From contig JAETTH010000001.1 of the NCBI GenBank assembly GCA_021769225.1, positions 7,449 to 71,448 of the forward strand: DNA of 64,000 bases, in the 5' to 3' direction. Source of the stretch: Erysipelotrichaceae bacterium (lineage in GTDB: Bacteria; Bacillota; Clostridia; TANB77; CAG-508). The stretch's first letter is position 1. Each line of letters begins with the position of its first letter. Below are positions 17,545 to 26,699 of the stretch, piece by piece. Under the pieces are notes generated by a model. That model was not told the DNA's origin. It made no database searches and saw nothing but the letters and a program-made list of their open reading frames with translations. The translations under genes and the position numbers were made by a program.

Positions 17545-18352
17545 GGGGCTCAACTGATTTTTTATTTAATTTTTTTCTCTTTATTAATTGATATAGACTA
17601 ATAAACAGAAAAATGAGAAATAACATAATTGATAAAGCTTGTGATATTCTGATATTTCCTATCATTAAACTATCTGTTCTTAATCCTTCTATAATAGCTC
17701 TTACCATAGAGTATAAAATAAAATAGATGCAAGTTAGCTCCCCTTTATATTTTCTTTTGTTTCTATAAAATATTAAAATAAGAAAAATGAAAAAAGTAGC
17801 TATACTCTCATAAAGAAAGGTTGGATGAACTTCTATATATCTTCCATTTTCGATGATTCCCATTCGCAAGATATGATTTGTTTCATATCCATAAGCTTCT
17901 ACATTAAAAAAATTACCCCAACGACCAATTGCTTGTCCTAATGCTAAATAAGGAACAAGTAGATCTAACATATCTAAAAAAGATATCTTTTTTATTTTAC
18001 AATACGCAAAAATGGTAAAGACTGCTCCTATGATACCTCCATAAATTGCAAGTCCTCCATTTCTAATCTGGAAAATTAGCCATGGATTTTGTAAATAGTA
18101 TTCTAACTTAAATAAAACAAAATATATCCTAGCACAAATAATCGAAATTGGTATTACCCATAATACCATTTCTAGTATTTGCTCAAACTTTATTTGGTAA
18201 CGATTACAGTTTTTTCTTACTAGTATTAGAGCTAAAATCATGGCACTTACTATTAAAATAGCATACCAAGTAATCTTAACTCCTAATATTTCAAAAGCAA
18301 TTGGATTAATTTGTAATGTTAAATGAATTCCTGGAAATATGACTTCCTTCAT
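17540..18352 (-). CDS. lgt: Phosphatidylglycerol-prolipoprotein diacylglyceryl transferase
   Basis: Polytopic. Conserved GRWGNFFNVEAYG block and overall Lgt architecture. Confidence 0.9.
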   Translation of the reverse strand: MKEVIFPGIHLTLQINPIAFEILGVKITWYAILIVSAMILALILVRKNCNRYQIKFEQILEMVLWVIPISIICARIYFVLFKLEYYLQNPWLIFQIRNGGLAIYGGIIGAVFTIFAYCKIKKISFLDMLDLLVPYLALGQAIGRWGNFFNVEAYGYETNHILRMGIIENGRYIEVHPTFLYESIATFFIFLILIFYRNKRKYKGELTCIYFILYSMVRAIIEGLRTDSLMIGNIRISQALSIMLFLIFLFISLYQLIKRKKLNKKSVEPQ

Positions 18353-18446
18353 AAAAATTTTCTTTCCTTTATTTTTATTTTATCTTTTACATATTGTAAT
18401 AGCACTTACTTATTTTCATGGTAAGTGCTATTTTTCTATTTCTCAT

Positions 18447-18929
18447 TTAATCTTGTTGTCCATAAATTTCCTTTTGTTTTTTATACATATCTTCTTTTGA
18501 TAAATCTTTATAAGAATCTATTAAACTAGAACTACCGTCTAATCTAATTGTATCTCCATTTAGTGTAATCTTACTATATAATTGTTTCATATTTTCTTCT
18601 TGTTCTAATAAATCATAAGCAATTTTAGCTGCATCAGCTGACTCATATTTTTGAACAATGCTAATTTGACTTAACCTATTATTTTGGTATAAATAGGTTG
18701 TGGTAATATCTATGTTTTCATGCTTATAAGTAATGACAATTTTATTTTCTTCTTGTGTTTCTTTATAATTTTTATCTGCTTCTACAGCTACATTTTGTAC
18801 TTCTTGCACATCTTGTTCTTCTGAATTGTTTGTATTTTCTTGTGTGTTTTCATTATTACATCCTGTTAATGCCACCACTGCCACTAATAACATAACAATT
18901 ACTAAAACATAATAAAATATCTTTTTCAT
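18447..18929 (-). CDS. Lipoprotein, function unknown
   Basis: Signal peptide with lipobox LTGC (MKKIFYYVLVIVMLLVAVVALTGCNN), followed by an acidic linker. Confidence 0.75.
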   Translation of the reverse strand: MKKIFYYVLVIVMLLVAVVALTGCNNENTQENTNNSEEQDVQEVQNVAVEADKNYKETQEENKIVITYKHENIDITTTYLYQNNRLSQISIVQKYESADAAKIAYDLLEQEENMKQLYSKITLNGDTIRLDGSSSLIDSYKDLSKEDMYKKQKEIYGQQD

Positions 18930-19149
18930 TTTATTTCCTCTTTTCTTTTATTCTTTTGCATACTCTTTTTCTTTTTGGTATTATATATCACAAAAGCTTA
19001 AAATACAATTAAATTATTTGATAAATCTTTTTCTTTTTATAGAAATTATATCATATTTTTTATTTATGATATGGACTTTTTTTCTTTTTTTGTGTATGAT
19101 ATGTAACATATAATAAATAATTACAAAAGATTTATTAGGAGGTTAAAAA

Positions 19150-19458
19150 ATGACAAAAATTCAAAAAATTAGTATGATACTTTGTATTTTCTTTTTCTTA
19201 TTTTGTTTATTTACCAATTGTTATGCTACTAATACAAATACTACAGATACTACAAACTCAACAAATCAAACCAGTAATAGCATAAATTCTACTTCTGGAA
19301 GTGTTAATCCACTTACAACTAATCCACTTTCTAGTACAATTAATAATCTTCCTGAGAGTAATTTAGGATTAGCCAATATTTTAAACATTTTACTAATTGT
19401 TGTTGGTGTTTTAATTATTTTACTTGGAATTGCAATTTTAATTCGTTTACATCATTAA
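19150..19458 (+). CDS. Small exported Thr/Asn/Ser-rich protein with C-terminal TM anchor (hypothetical)
   Basis: AGGAGG ribosome-binding site 7 nt upstream. Signal peptide, low-complexity TNTNTTDTTNSTNQTSNS region, C-terminal helix ILLIVVGVLIILLGIAILI. Confidence 0.6.
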   Translation: MTKIQKISMILCIFFFLFCLFTNCYATNTNTTDTTNSTNQTSNSINSTSGSVNPLTTNPLSSTINNLPESNLGLANILNILLIVVGVLIILLGIAILIRLHH

Positions 19459-19478
19459 TATTTTAAACAATTTTTTTT

Positions 19479-19509
19479 AAACTACTACATTTTTGTAGTA
19501 GTTTTTTTT
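19479..19509 (+). terminator. Rho-independent terminator
   Basis: 11-bp stem AAACTACTACA/TGTAGTAGTTT, loop TTTT, T5 tail. Confidence 0.8.
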
Positions 19510-19605
19510 GAAACTTTTTCATGTATATTTTTTTTTATTCCATCAATACTAATATTGAGTTTTAAAAAATTCAACTCTACTTTTATAAAAGGAGGATATC
19601 ACATC

Positions 19606-20034
19606 ATGAAAAAGAAACTATTTTCAATTGCTTTAGCTGCTTGTTTTATGATATTTGCTGCAACATCTGTTTTTGCTACAAATGAATTACAAAAAGCTGG
19701 AGATGGAATTCGTAATGTTGTTGGCGGTGCTGAAAATGCTGTAGAAGGTGCTGCTAAAGGTACTGTAAATGCTGTAGAAAATGCTGGACAAAAAGCTGGA
19801 GCAGCAACAAGAAATACAATGAATAATGCTGGTAATGCTGTTGCAGGAACAACTCGTACTGGAACAAATAATGATGGTTATACTGCTACTAGAACCGCTA
19901 CTAATGATGCTACTTTCGCTGGTATGAATTCAACAGCTTGGACATGGCTTGTAATGGGTATTTCTGCTATTGCTATCATTGCTTTAGTTTGGTATTATGC
20001 AAGTGAACGTGAGCATACTTCTGAAAAAAGATAA
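19606..20034 (+). CDS. Exported Ala/Gly/Asn-repeat protein with C-terminal TM anchor (hypothetical)
   Basis: Start set at ATG 19606 (MKKKLFSIALAA), preceded by AAAGGAGG. Signal peptide, repeats NAVEGAAKG / NAVENAGQKAG / NAGNAVAG, C-terminal TM WLVMGISAIAIIALVWYY. Confidence 0.6.
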   Translation: MKKKLFSIALAACFMIFAATSVFATNELQKAGDGIRNVVGGAENAVEGAAKGTVNAVENAGQKAGAATRNTMNNAGNAVAGTTRTGTNNDGYTATRTATNDATFAGMNSTAWTWLVMGISAIAIIALVWYYASEREHTSEKR

Positions 20035-20070
20035 TTGTACAAATCTTTAATTTTGTATAATTTTTATACA

Positions 20071-20110
20071 AACACAAAAAAGGCATATACAATATGCCTT
20101 TTTTTGTGTT
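20071..20110 (+). terminator. Rho-independent terminator
   Basis: Stem AAAAAGGCATA/TATGCCTTTTT with a T-run. Confidence 0.8.
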
Positions 20111-20146
20111 ATAATTTTAATAAATTTAATTTGAAGGTGAAAAGAT

Positions 20147-20596
20147 ATGCAAACAAAATTAATTGCTAAAAATCCTACAGCTGGTCATAATTATTTTATT
20201 GAGGATAAGGTTGAAGCGGGAATTGTATTAACTGGTACTGAAATTAAGTCAATTCGAGCAGGAAAAGTAAATATTAAAGACAGTTATGCTGCTATTGATG
20301 ATGGTGAAGCATTTATTTATGGTATGCATATCAGTCCTTATGACCATGGTAATATTTTTAATAAAGATCCACTTCGTACACGTAAACTTTTATTAACTAA
20401 AAAAGAAATTATGAAATTATTTGGTCTTATGAAACAAAAAGGTTATAGTTTAATTCCTCTTAATTTATATCTTAAAGGTAGTTTTGTTAAAGTAGAGCTT
20501 GGCATTTGTAAAGGCAAAAAGCTTTATGATAAACGTGAAGAGATTGCTAAAAAAGATGCTCAAAGGAAAATTGCCCAAGCTTTAAAATCTCATTAA
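20147..20596 (+). CDS. smpB: SsrA-binding protein
   Basis: 149 aa. [19 protein letters not shown] and the basic C-terminal tail typical of SmpB. Confidence 0.93.
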   Translation: MQTKLIAKNPTAGHNYFIEDKVEAGIVLTGTEIKSIRAGKVNIKDSYAAIDDGEAFIYGMHISPYDHGNIFNKDPLRTRKLLLTKKEIMKLFGLMKQKGYSLIPLNLYLKGSFVKVELGICKGKKLYDKREEIAKKDAQRKIAQALKSH

Positions 20597-20635
20597 TTAA
20601 TAAATCATTAATATATAAATCTATAATTTAGATCA

Positions 20636-20668
20636 AAAATTCCTCGGAGTTAACCTCTGAGGAATTTT
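20636..20668. terminator. Bidirectional terminator between convergent smpB and fba
   Basis: About 15-bp stem AAAATTCCTCGGAG/CTCTGAGGAATTTT with loop TTAAC and A/T runs on both sides. Confidence 0.85.
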
Positions 20669-20675
20669 AATATTT

Positions 20676-21605
20676 TTATGCTTTATTACTTGAACCAAAT
20701 ACATCTCTAATTTTATGTTGTACAGTTTGTTTGATTAATTCTCTTGCTGGTGTTAAATATTTTCTTGGATCAAACTCAGATGAGGATTCTGTAAATACTT
20801 TGCGAATTGCTCCTGTCATAGCTAATCTTAAGTCTGTATCAACATTGATTTTTGATACACCTTTTTGACTTGCTTCATGTAACATTTCATCTGGTACTCC
20901 CTTAGCTCCTGGAATATTTCCACCATTATTGTTGCATAATTCTACTAATTCTGGAATAACTGTAGATGCTCCATGAAGTACAATTGGAGTATTTGGAATT
21001 CTTTCTTTAATTTGTTGTAAAATGTCAAATCTTAATTTTGCTTCTCCTTTAAATTTATATGCTCCATGGCTAGTTCCAATAGCAATTGCTAGAGAATCAC
21101 ATCCTGTTTGTCTTACAAATTCTTCTGCTTCTTTAGGATTTGTATAAATAGCGTCTTCTGCAGCTACATTTACATCATCTTCTACTCCTGCTAATTTTCC
21201 AATTTCAGCTTCTACAACCACTCCTCTTGCATGGGCATATTCTACTACTTTTTTAGTAAGTGCAACATTTTCCTCAAAATTATATTTTGAACCGTCAATC
21301 ATAACAGATGTAAAACCATTATCAATACACATTTTTGCTGTTTCAAAATCTGGTCCATGATCTAAATGAAGTGCAACTGGAATATTATGCTCCTCTAATG
21401 CTGCTTCTACCATTTTTTTCAAATATGGAATTCTTGCATATTTAATTGCTCCACTGGAAGCTTGTAAAATAACTGGTGAATTTTCTTCTGCTGCAGCATC
21501 TACAATTCCTTGAATAATTTCCATATTATTAACATTAAATGCTCCAATAGCAAAATGCTCTTTCATCGATTTTTCAAACATTTCTTTTGTTGTTACTAGT
21601 GGCAT
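20676..21605 (-). CDS. fba: Class II fructose-1,6-bisphosphate aldolase
   Basis: FAIGAFNVNN, LHLDHG, MIDGS and HGASG blocks of class II FBA. Confidence 0.93.
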   Translation of the reverse strand: MPLVTTKEMFEKSMKEHFAIGAFNVNNMEIIQGIVDAAAEENSPVILQASSGAIKYARIPYLKKMVEAALEEHNIPVALHLDHGPDFETAKMCIDNGFTSVMIDGSKYNFEENVALTKKVVEYAHARGVVVEAEIGKLAGVEDDVNVAAEDAIYTNPKEAEEFVRQTGCDSLAIAIGTSHGAYKFKGEAKLRFDILQQIKERIPNTPIVLHGASTVIPELVELCNNNGGNIPGAKGVPDEMLHEASQKGVSKINVDTDLRLAMTGAIRKVFTESSSEFDPRKYLTPARELIKQTVQHKIRDVFGSSNKA

Positions 21606-21718
21606 ACTTTTTTCCTCCTATTTTTCTTTTTTTCAAGCTTATTGTATTTCTAAAATTAGTATATGTCAAGAATTTATTTTTATTTATTTTTTATGCTTAA
21701 AAAACAAATTATTATGTC

Positions 21719-21760
21719 AAAAAAGATAGAGCCCAGAAATTTCCAGGCTCTATCTTTTTG
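21719..21760 (-). terminator. Rho-independent terminator after the beta-CASP gene
   Basis: Stem GATAGAGCC/GGCTCTATC flanked by A/T runs. T6 follows on the minus strand. Confidence 0.75.
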
Positions 21761-21772
21761 ACATTTTAGGAT

Positions 21773-23188
21773 TTAGTCAAATTTGGTTCCCAATGATTTT
21801 ATAAGTCCATAGCCATTGACTCGGAAGAAATAATCCCTACTAAGAATTCCAACATGTTTTGACTCAACTTCTGAAAGAATTCTTTTGGAGAATTGTTCCT
21901 TTACAATTGTTTGGCCATGGTTTACCAAAACCAATTTTAAATGATTAAATTGTTGCAAAAACTCAATCATTTCATCCGCTTTTGCATGTGCAGAGAACTC
22001 AGAAGTGTAAACTACTTCAGCTTTTTTGTTTAAAACAACCCCTCCCACTGATACAATTGAATTGTATGGTGTGTCCATTAGAGATCTACCCAGTGTGCCT
22101 TCTGCAACATAACCAGTAAAATGGATTAATGCATTTTTTCTGGTCAAATATTCGGGTAAATAGCACTGTGCTGGTCCATAAGAGCCCATACCAGAAGTTG
22201 TTACAATAATTTTCGTATTCCGATCAGTAATCAAGGTTGGTCTTAGCTCTTTGCTTACATAAACCAGTCCATCTGGGATAAAGTCTGTCATTTCTTCTTT
22301 AATTCCCAAGACATCTTTTTTGTATAATTCAGTATAAGCAAATGCTAACTTTCCATCAAAATAGATAGGAATTGCCTTATCTAAAACCCCTTCTTCCTGC
22401 ATCATTTTCAATACATAAAGAATTTCCTGTGAACGTCCTAGTGAAAATACTAAAGAAATTACAGTCTTTCCTTCTTGGATTGCTGCTATCACATTTTGTT
22501 TAAAACATGCTATACTTTGATCAGAATCCATATATCCATAAGTTGATTCTTGGATAATGGTTAGATTTAAATCTTTTACCCAATACGGCAATGGATTCAC
22601 ATCCAAAAACATGTTATCCTTGTGATAATCTCCTGTGAATAACAAATTAATTGTTTGCTGCTCAGGGAAACTAATCTGTACAAGGATTAAAGCAGCACCA
22701 ATTAGATGTCCATTTTTGAAAAATGTTGCTTTAATGTGCTCATCAATTTGAATTGTTTCTCCAAATTGACAGGATACGAGACAGTTTAGTGCCAGACTAA
22801 TATCCGTTTCGGAAAACAATTCTTTACAATGTTTTCTTTTACTTAAATCTTTAAGCACTTTTCCTGTATCCCGTAATGCTAATGGCATAAGATAAGTTGT
22901 TGGTGAAGATGCATATATCTTACCTGAAAAGCCCTCCTTACATAAAAGTGGAATTCTTCCAATGTGATCTACATGATTATGAGTAACTAAACAAAAATGA
23001 ATACTGTCTGCATTAAACGGAAAATTCTGATTTAATTCTTCATATTCTTTTTCTTGGAATAGCCCACAATCAACGATAAAACGACATGTCTCATCGTTTG
23101 GATACTTTACAACAACAAGGTTGCAAGATCCTGTTACTTCTGGATGCACTGCCATGATATCAACGTAGAACCGTTCTTTGGAACCCAT
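21773..23188 (-). CDS. MBL-fold metallo-hydrolase of the beta-CASP family (CPSF/RNase J-like nuclease)
   Basis: HxHxDH motif (THNHVDH), beta-CASP insertion, C-terminal H (SAHA, VNHG). 471 aa with no KH or other accessory domain. Confidence 0.82.
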   Translation of the reverse strand: MGSKERFYVDIMAVHPEVTGSCNLVVVKYPNDETCRFIVDCGLFQEKEYEELNQNFPFNADSIHFCLVTHNHVDHIGRIPLLCKEGFSGKIYASSPTTYLMPLALRDTGKVLKDLSKRKHCKELFSETDISLALNCLVSCQFGETIQIDEHIKATFFKNGHLIGAALILVQISFPEQQTINLLFTGDYHKDNMFLDVNPLPYWVKDLNLTIIQESTYGYMDSDQSIACFKQNVIAAIQEGKTVISLVFSLGRSQEILYVLKMMQEEGVLDKAIPIYFDGKLAFAYTELYKKDVLGIKEEMTDFIPDGLVYVSKELRPTLITDRNTKIIVTTSGMGSYGPAQCYLPEYLTRKNALIHFTGYVAEGTLGRSLMDTPYNSIVSVGGVVLNKKAEVVYTSEFSAHAKADEMIEFLQQFNHLKLVLVNHGQTIVKEQFSKRILSEVESKHVGILSRDYFFRVNGYGLIKSLGTKFD

Positions 23189-23326
23189 CCAATCACACTC
23201 CTAATACTAAATTGTCAAATATTGAATAACATTCAACTGCTTGTATTATATCTTATATTTACTACTTTTTCAAGTTTTTTTTACTCTTTGGTTAAATATT
23301 TGAAAGAGGGAACATAATTTTTTTTG

Positions 23327-23459
23327 ACTATCTTCCCTCTTTCTTTTGATATAATTTACTTTTTATTGTTCTTCCTGTACAATTAATTTTTTGTCCTTGC
23401 TCCATTTTTTACCTCCTAATATTTTATACTATTAGTATGGCACATTTTTTTATTTTATT
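23327..23459. repeat. Left copy of a duplicated DUF1540 gene segment (internally deleted)
   Basis: 23327-23374 aligns with 26427-26476, and 23375-23459 aligns with about 26611-26699 (about 85-90% identity by eye). About 134 bp present in the right copy are missing here. Confidence 0.8.
23328..23405 (-). pseudogene. Truncated DUF1540 gene copy
   Basis: ATG 23405 has the same ribosome-binding site and first 10 codons (MEQGQKINCT) as the intact gene at 26642. The deletion then shifts the frame (GRTIKSKLYQKKEGR-stop). Confidence 0.7.
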
Positions 23460-23497
23460 GGTGTCCGACTTTAATGGTCGGATGAGTTAATTCTTAT

Positions 23498-25672
23498 TTA
23501 ATTTTTTAAAATTTCTACTTGCAATGGCTTAACAATAGCATCTTTATATAGCACTCTTAATTCATGTAATGGTCTTGTCATAGCAACATACAATAATTTC
23601 ATGTCTATATCTTTGTCAGAATCATATTCTTTTTCTGAAGCATCTGCAATAACAACTCCATCAAACTCAAGCCCCTTGGCCAAATAACTTGTTATTGTAC
23701 AAATTCCACCATTATATTGAGTATCTGAATTTGTAATATTGTTAAGTTTTATATTTCTATTATTTAATTCATTATTAATTGATGTTGCCTCTTTCTCATC
23801 TTTACATATTACTGCTATTGAAATATATCCTTTTTGTTCATATTCTTTTACTATCTCACTTATAGTATCAATTTGCTCCTGATTATTTTTATATGGAATA
23901 TATGTAACTGTTTTTCCATGTCTAATCACTGGTTGTGCTGGATTAAGATTTATATACCTAGTTATATTATTAGCTGAATTCATTATCTCTGTAGTTGTTC
24001 TATAACTTTTTAAAAGATATTTCATTTTACAGTTTTCACTAAATGTATCGTTTATTACTTTTTTCCAGTCTTCTATTCCTCTATACTGGTAAATAGATTG
24101 TGCTAAATCTCCAAAAATACTAAATGTAGCATCTTTTAATAGTACTTTTAATGCATAAAAGCTAAAATCTCCAAAATCCTGTGCTTCGTCTATTGCTACT
24201 TGTCTATACTTCTTATAGCTATCTACTCCGATTATTTTACACTTCAAGTAAATTAGAGCACTTAAATCTTCAAACTCTACCTTTTTATTCTTGATATTTT
24301 TTATATTTTCTTTTACTTTTTCTTCTACATTATGATATATTTTTATATCTGTATAATTTTTTATATTTGTAAGAAATTTAATATATACATTTAATATATT
24401 GGGAATAATTGAGCCAAAATATTTTTTAAAGCTCATTTTACAACTATTTTTTAATTCTTTTTCTATAAAGTTTAGTTTTGATATTTCACTTTCTTTAGCT
24501 TCTTTAGATAATAGACTTATATTTTCTTGATACTGTGTTTTTATTTGGGCCATTATATCATCATAATTATCTTCTACATATTTTGTTAGTAATAATTTTG
24601 TTCTTTCCACTTTCTTTTCGATTGTATCATAAATGTTAACATTATTAATAGAATTATATGTCTCTTTGATTAATGTATTAGATATTACTTTATACCCCTT
24701 TATTTCAATACTATTATTTGAAATAACATTTTTATCTATTTCTGTAATGAATTTATCTAATGCTTCCTTATACTCCATTGAAACTTTGAATTTCTCATAA
24801 TCTAATAATTTTTCATCTGAAATTGATAAAATTAATTTTTTATCTTCATTAATTAACTTTATATCTTCTCCTATAAACTCAGCACATAATTCTTCATAAG
24901 TTAACTGTTTAACATTATTAACATCTAAATCTGGTAAAACTCCAGAAATATAACTCACAAAAAATTTATTAGGTCCAATAACTAAATATTGCTCTGGTTT
25001 AATTGTATCTCTATTGTTATATACTAAATAAGCAATTCTATGTAACGCAACGGTTGTCTTTCCAGAACCTGCTACACCCTGAATAATTACATTTTGAGAT
25101 AATGGCTGGCGTATAATTTCGTTTTGTTCTGTCTGAATTGTTGATACTATATTTTTTAATCTATTATCAGCATTAGTTCCTAAATATGGCTTTAATATTT
25201 CATCATTTGAAACCGTATCTACATCTTGATAGCTATTTAGTTTGCCATTTTCTATATCATATTGTCTTTTCACTAATAATTCTCCTGTACAGATTCCTTC
25301 TGGTGCTTGATAAGAGGCTCTACCTAAATTACTATCATAATACATTGAAGAAATGGGTGCTCTCCAATCTACTGTAATACTATTATTTTCTTCATCCATT
25401 ACTCCTACTTTTCCAATATATAATTGTTCCACCTTTTCTTCCCCATCTCTTGCAAAATCTAACCTTGCAAAATATGGTTTTTTTATACTTTTTTCCATTA
25501 GTCTTAACTTTTGAGAATACATTTCAATAAAATTTTCTATCATTATTGGATTATTCTTGTATATTTTTGGTATAGCTTCAATTCTTAAGTCATAATATTC
25601 CATGATTTCATTATATTTTTTTATTATCTGCTTTAAATTTTCTTCTTCTTTTTGAAAATCATCTTTCTCCAT
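23498..25672 (-). CDS. helD: UvrD-like helicase of the HelD (helicase IV / RNA polymerase recycling) type
   Basis: HelD-type N-terminal region (PYFARLDF...LYIGKVGV...VDWRAPISSMYY), Walker A GVAGSGKTT, motif II IDEAQDF, C-terminal KGLEFDGVVI and LYVAMTRPLHEL. Start set at ATG 25672, preceded by AGGAGA. Confidence 0.85.
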   Translation of the reverse strand: MEKDDFQKEEENLKQIIKKYNEIMEYYDLRIEAIPKIYKNNPIMIENFIEMYSQKLRLMEKSIKKPYFARLDFARDGEEKVEQLYIGKVGVMDEENNSITVDWRAPISSMYYDSNLGRASYQAPEGICTGELLVKRQYDIENGKLNSYQDVDTVSNDEILKPYLGTNADNRLKNIVSTIQTEQNEIIRQPLSQNVIIQGVAGSGKTTVALHRIAYLVYNNRDTIKPEQYLVIGPNKFFVSYISGVLPDLDVNNVKQLTYEELCAEFIGEDIKLINEDKKLILSISDEKLLDYEKFKVSMEYKEALDKFITEIDKNVISNNSIEIKGYKVISNTLIKETYNSINNVNIYDTIEKKVERTKLLLTKYVEDNYDDIMAQIKTQYQENISLLSKEAKESEISKLNFIEKELKNSCKMSFKKYFGSIIPNILNVYIKFLTNIKNYTDIKIYHNVEEKVKENIKNIKNKKVEFEDLSALIYLKCKIIGVDSYKKYRQVAIDEAQDFGDFSFYALKVLLKDATFSIFGDLAQSIYQYRGIEDWKKVINDTFSENCKMKYLLKSYRTTTEIMNSANNITRYINLNPAQPVIRHGKTVTYIPYKNNQEQIDTISEIVKEYEQKGYISIAVICKDEKEATSINNELNNRNIKLNNITNSDTQYNGGICTITSYLAKGLEFDGVVIADASEKEYDSDKDIDMKLLYVAMTRPLHELRVLYKDAIVKPLQVEILKN

Positions 25673-25805
25673 GATATTTTCTCCTATTTTATAATTATTA
25701 TCAATTTGCAATATTTTACAGTAAAATATTATAGCATTTTATAATTATAAGATCAACTATCACACTAAATATTCAGGGTAATTTCATTAATCACATCTTG
25801 ACTAT

Positions 25806-26350
25806 TTTTTATCATAGATGCAATTATTAAATTAACTGATAAGAGAAAAAATCCATCTATAAACTTAGGTATATCTCTAAAAGAATATATGATTAAAAAC
25901 AATATTAAAAACGATGGTGTGTTAGTCTTAGTTTCTCCTTATGAAAGGGTAAGGGAAACTTTTGAACTCGCGAATAAATGACTAAATTTTAAAGAAGATG
26001 CTAATAATATCTTTGTATTAAATTCTTTAATTGAGTAGTTTTTTGGTGCTTTTCATATAATTAATAGAGATGTAAAAAAACAAATATATGAAAAAGTATA
26101 TGTTGAATGTAATAGAAATAAGATATCTTATTTTAAACCAACATTTTTAGGTAAATCTGTAGCAGATGTTTGTACAAGACTTTGGAATGCAATTTACTTT
26201 ATTAAAGACTACATTCAAACAACAAATATTAAAAATGTTTTCATTTTGGGGCATGGTAATTCAAATAAATGTACTTATGAATTTATTAAATTTACACCAG
26301 AATTTCATAATGATTTTTCAACTGGCAAATATAATAAATTAGAGATCTAG
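25806..26350 (+). pseudogene. Decayed histidine phosphatase (phosphoglycerate mutase-like) gene
   Basis: My translation: ...LTDKRKNPSINLGISLKEYM...VLVLVSPYERVRETFELANK-TGA-LNFKEDANNIFVLNSLIE-TAG-FFGAFH...VFILGHGNS... This resembles the SPL.RA.QTA / L.E..FG / V.HG blocks. The N-terminal RHG region is missing and there are two in-frame stops. Confidence 0.45.
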
Positions 26351-26408
26351 TATTTTAAAACTATATTTATTATTTTTTCAACCTTTTTTAATCTTAAATT
26401 AAATATAT

Positions 26409-26438
26409 AGGGAAGATAGTTTAAAAACTATCTTCCCT
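26409..26438. terminator. Hairpin terminator between the phosphatase remnant and the DUF1540 gene
   Basis: 12-bp stem GGGAAGATAGTT/AACTATCTTCCC with a 4-nt loop. Confidence 0.7.
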
Positions 26439-26699
26439 ATTTCTTTTTGTATGATTTACTTTTTATTGTTCTTCTTTTTCTTTATTGAATTTATAACTTG
26501 CACACATGGATTCATATGGTCCTTCTATATGACAATTTTGTACTGGCTCTACAATAATATTTTGTAGAGTACATTCTTGTCTTCCTTCATCATTATATTT
26601 ACAGCTTCCAACTGTGCAATTAATTTTTTGTCCTTGCTCCATTTTTTTACCTCCTAATATTTTATAATATTAGTATGGCACACTTTTTTCATTTTATTT
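26427..26699. repeat. Right (intact) copy of the duplicated DUF1540 segment
   Basis: See 23327-23459. Includes the terminator, the whole gene, the ribosome-binding site and about 55 bp of promoter region. Confidence 0.8.
26463..26642 (-). CDS. DUF1540 domain small cysteine-rich protein (59 aa)
   Basis: Below the ORF-track cutoff. ATG 26642 is preceded by AGGAGGTAAAAAA. Translation MEQGQKINCTVGSCKYNDEGRQECTLQNIIVEPVQNCHIEGPYESMCASYKFNKEKEEQ, with the I.C.V..C.YN....C.L..I.V pattern. Confidence 0.7.
   Translation of the reverse strand: MEQGQKINCTVGSCKYNDEGRQECTLQNIIVEPVQNCHIEGPYESMCASYKFNKEKEEQ

Noticed and set aside
20597-20675. Expected a tmRNA (ssrA) gene downstream of smpB.
   Set aside because: Only 79 bp separate smpB from convergent fba, and they are filled by a single terminator hairpin. 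There is no room for a tmRNA of about 350 nt and no tRNA-like CCA-proximal stem.
23463-23482. Locally GC-rich hairpin TCCGAC-N7-GTCGGA at the edge of the left DUF1540 repeat. Considered an att site or a tRNA fragment.
   Set aside because: It is only a 6-bp stem, positioned exactly where the helD terminator is expected. It has no second copy at the other repeat boundary.
25950-26040. In-frame TGA and TAG inside the phosphatase-like frame. Considered stop-codon reassignment (for example TGA = Trp).
   Set aside because: Trp is encoded by TGG throughout the long intact ORFs. TGA and TAG end otherwise well-formed genes (for example 10253-10255 TGA, 13242-13244 TAG). The phosphatase frame also lacks its N-terminus, so plain decay is the simpler explanation.
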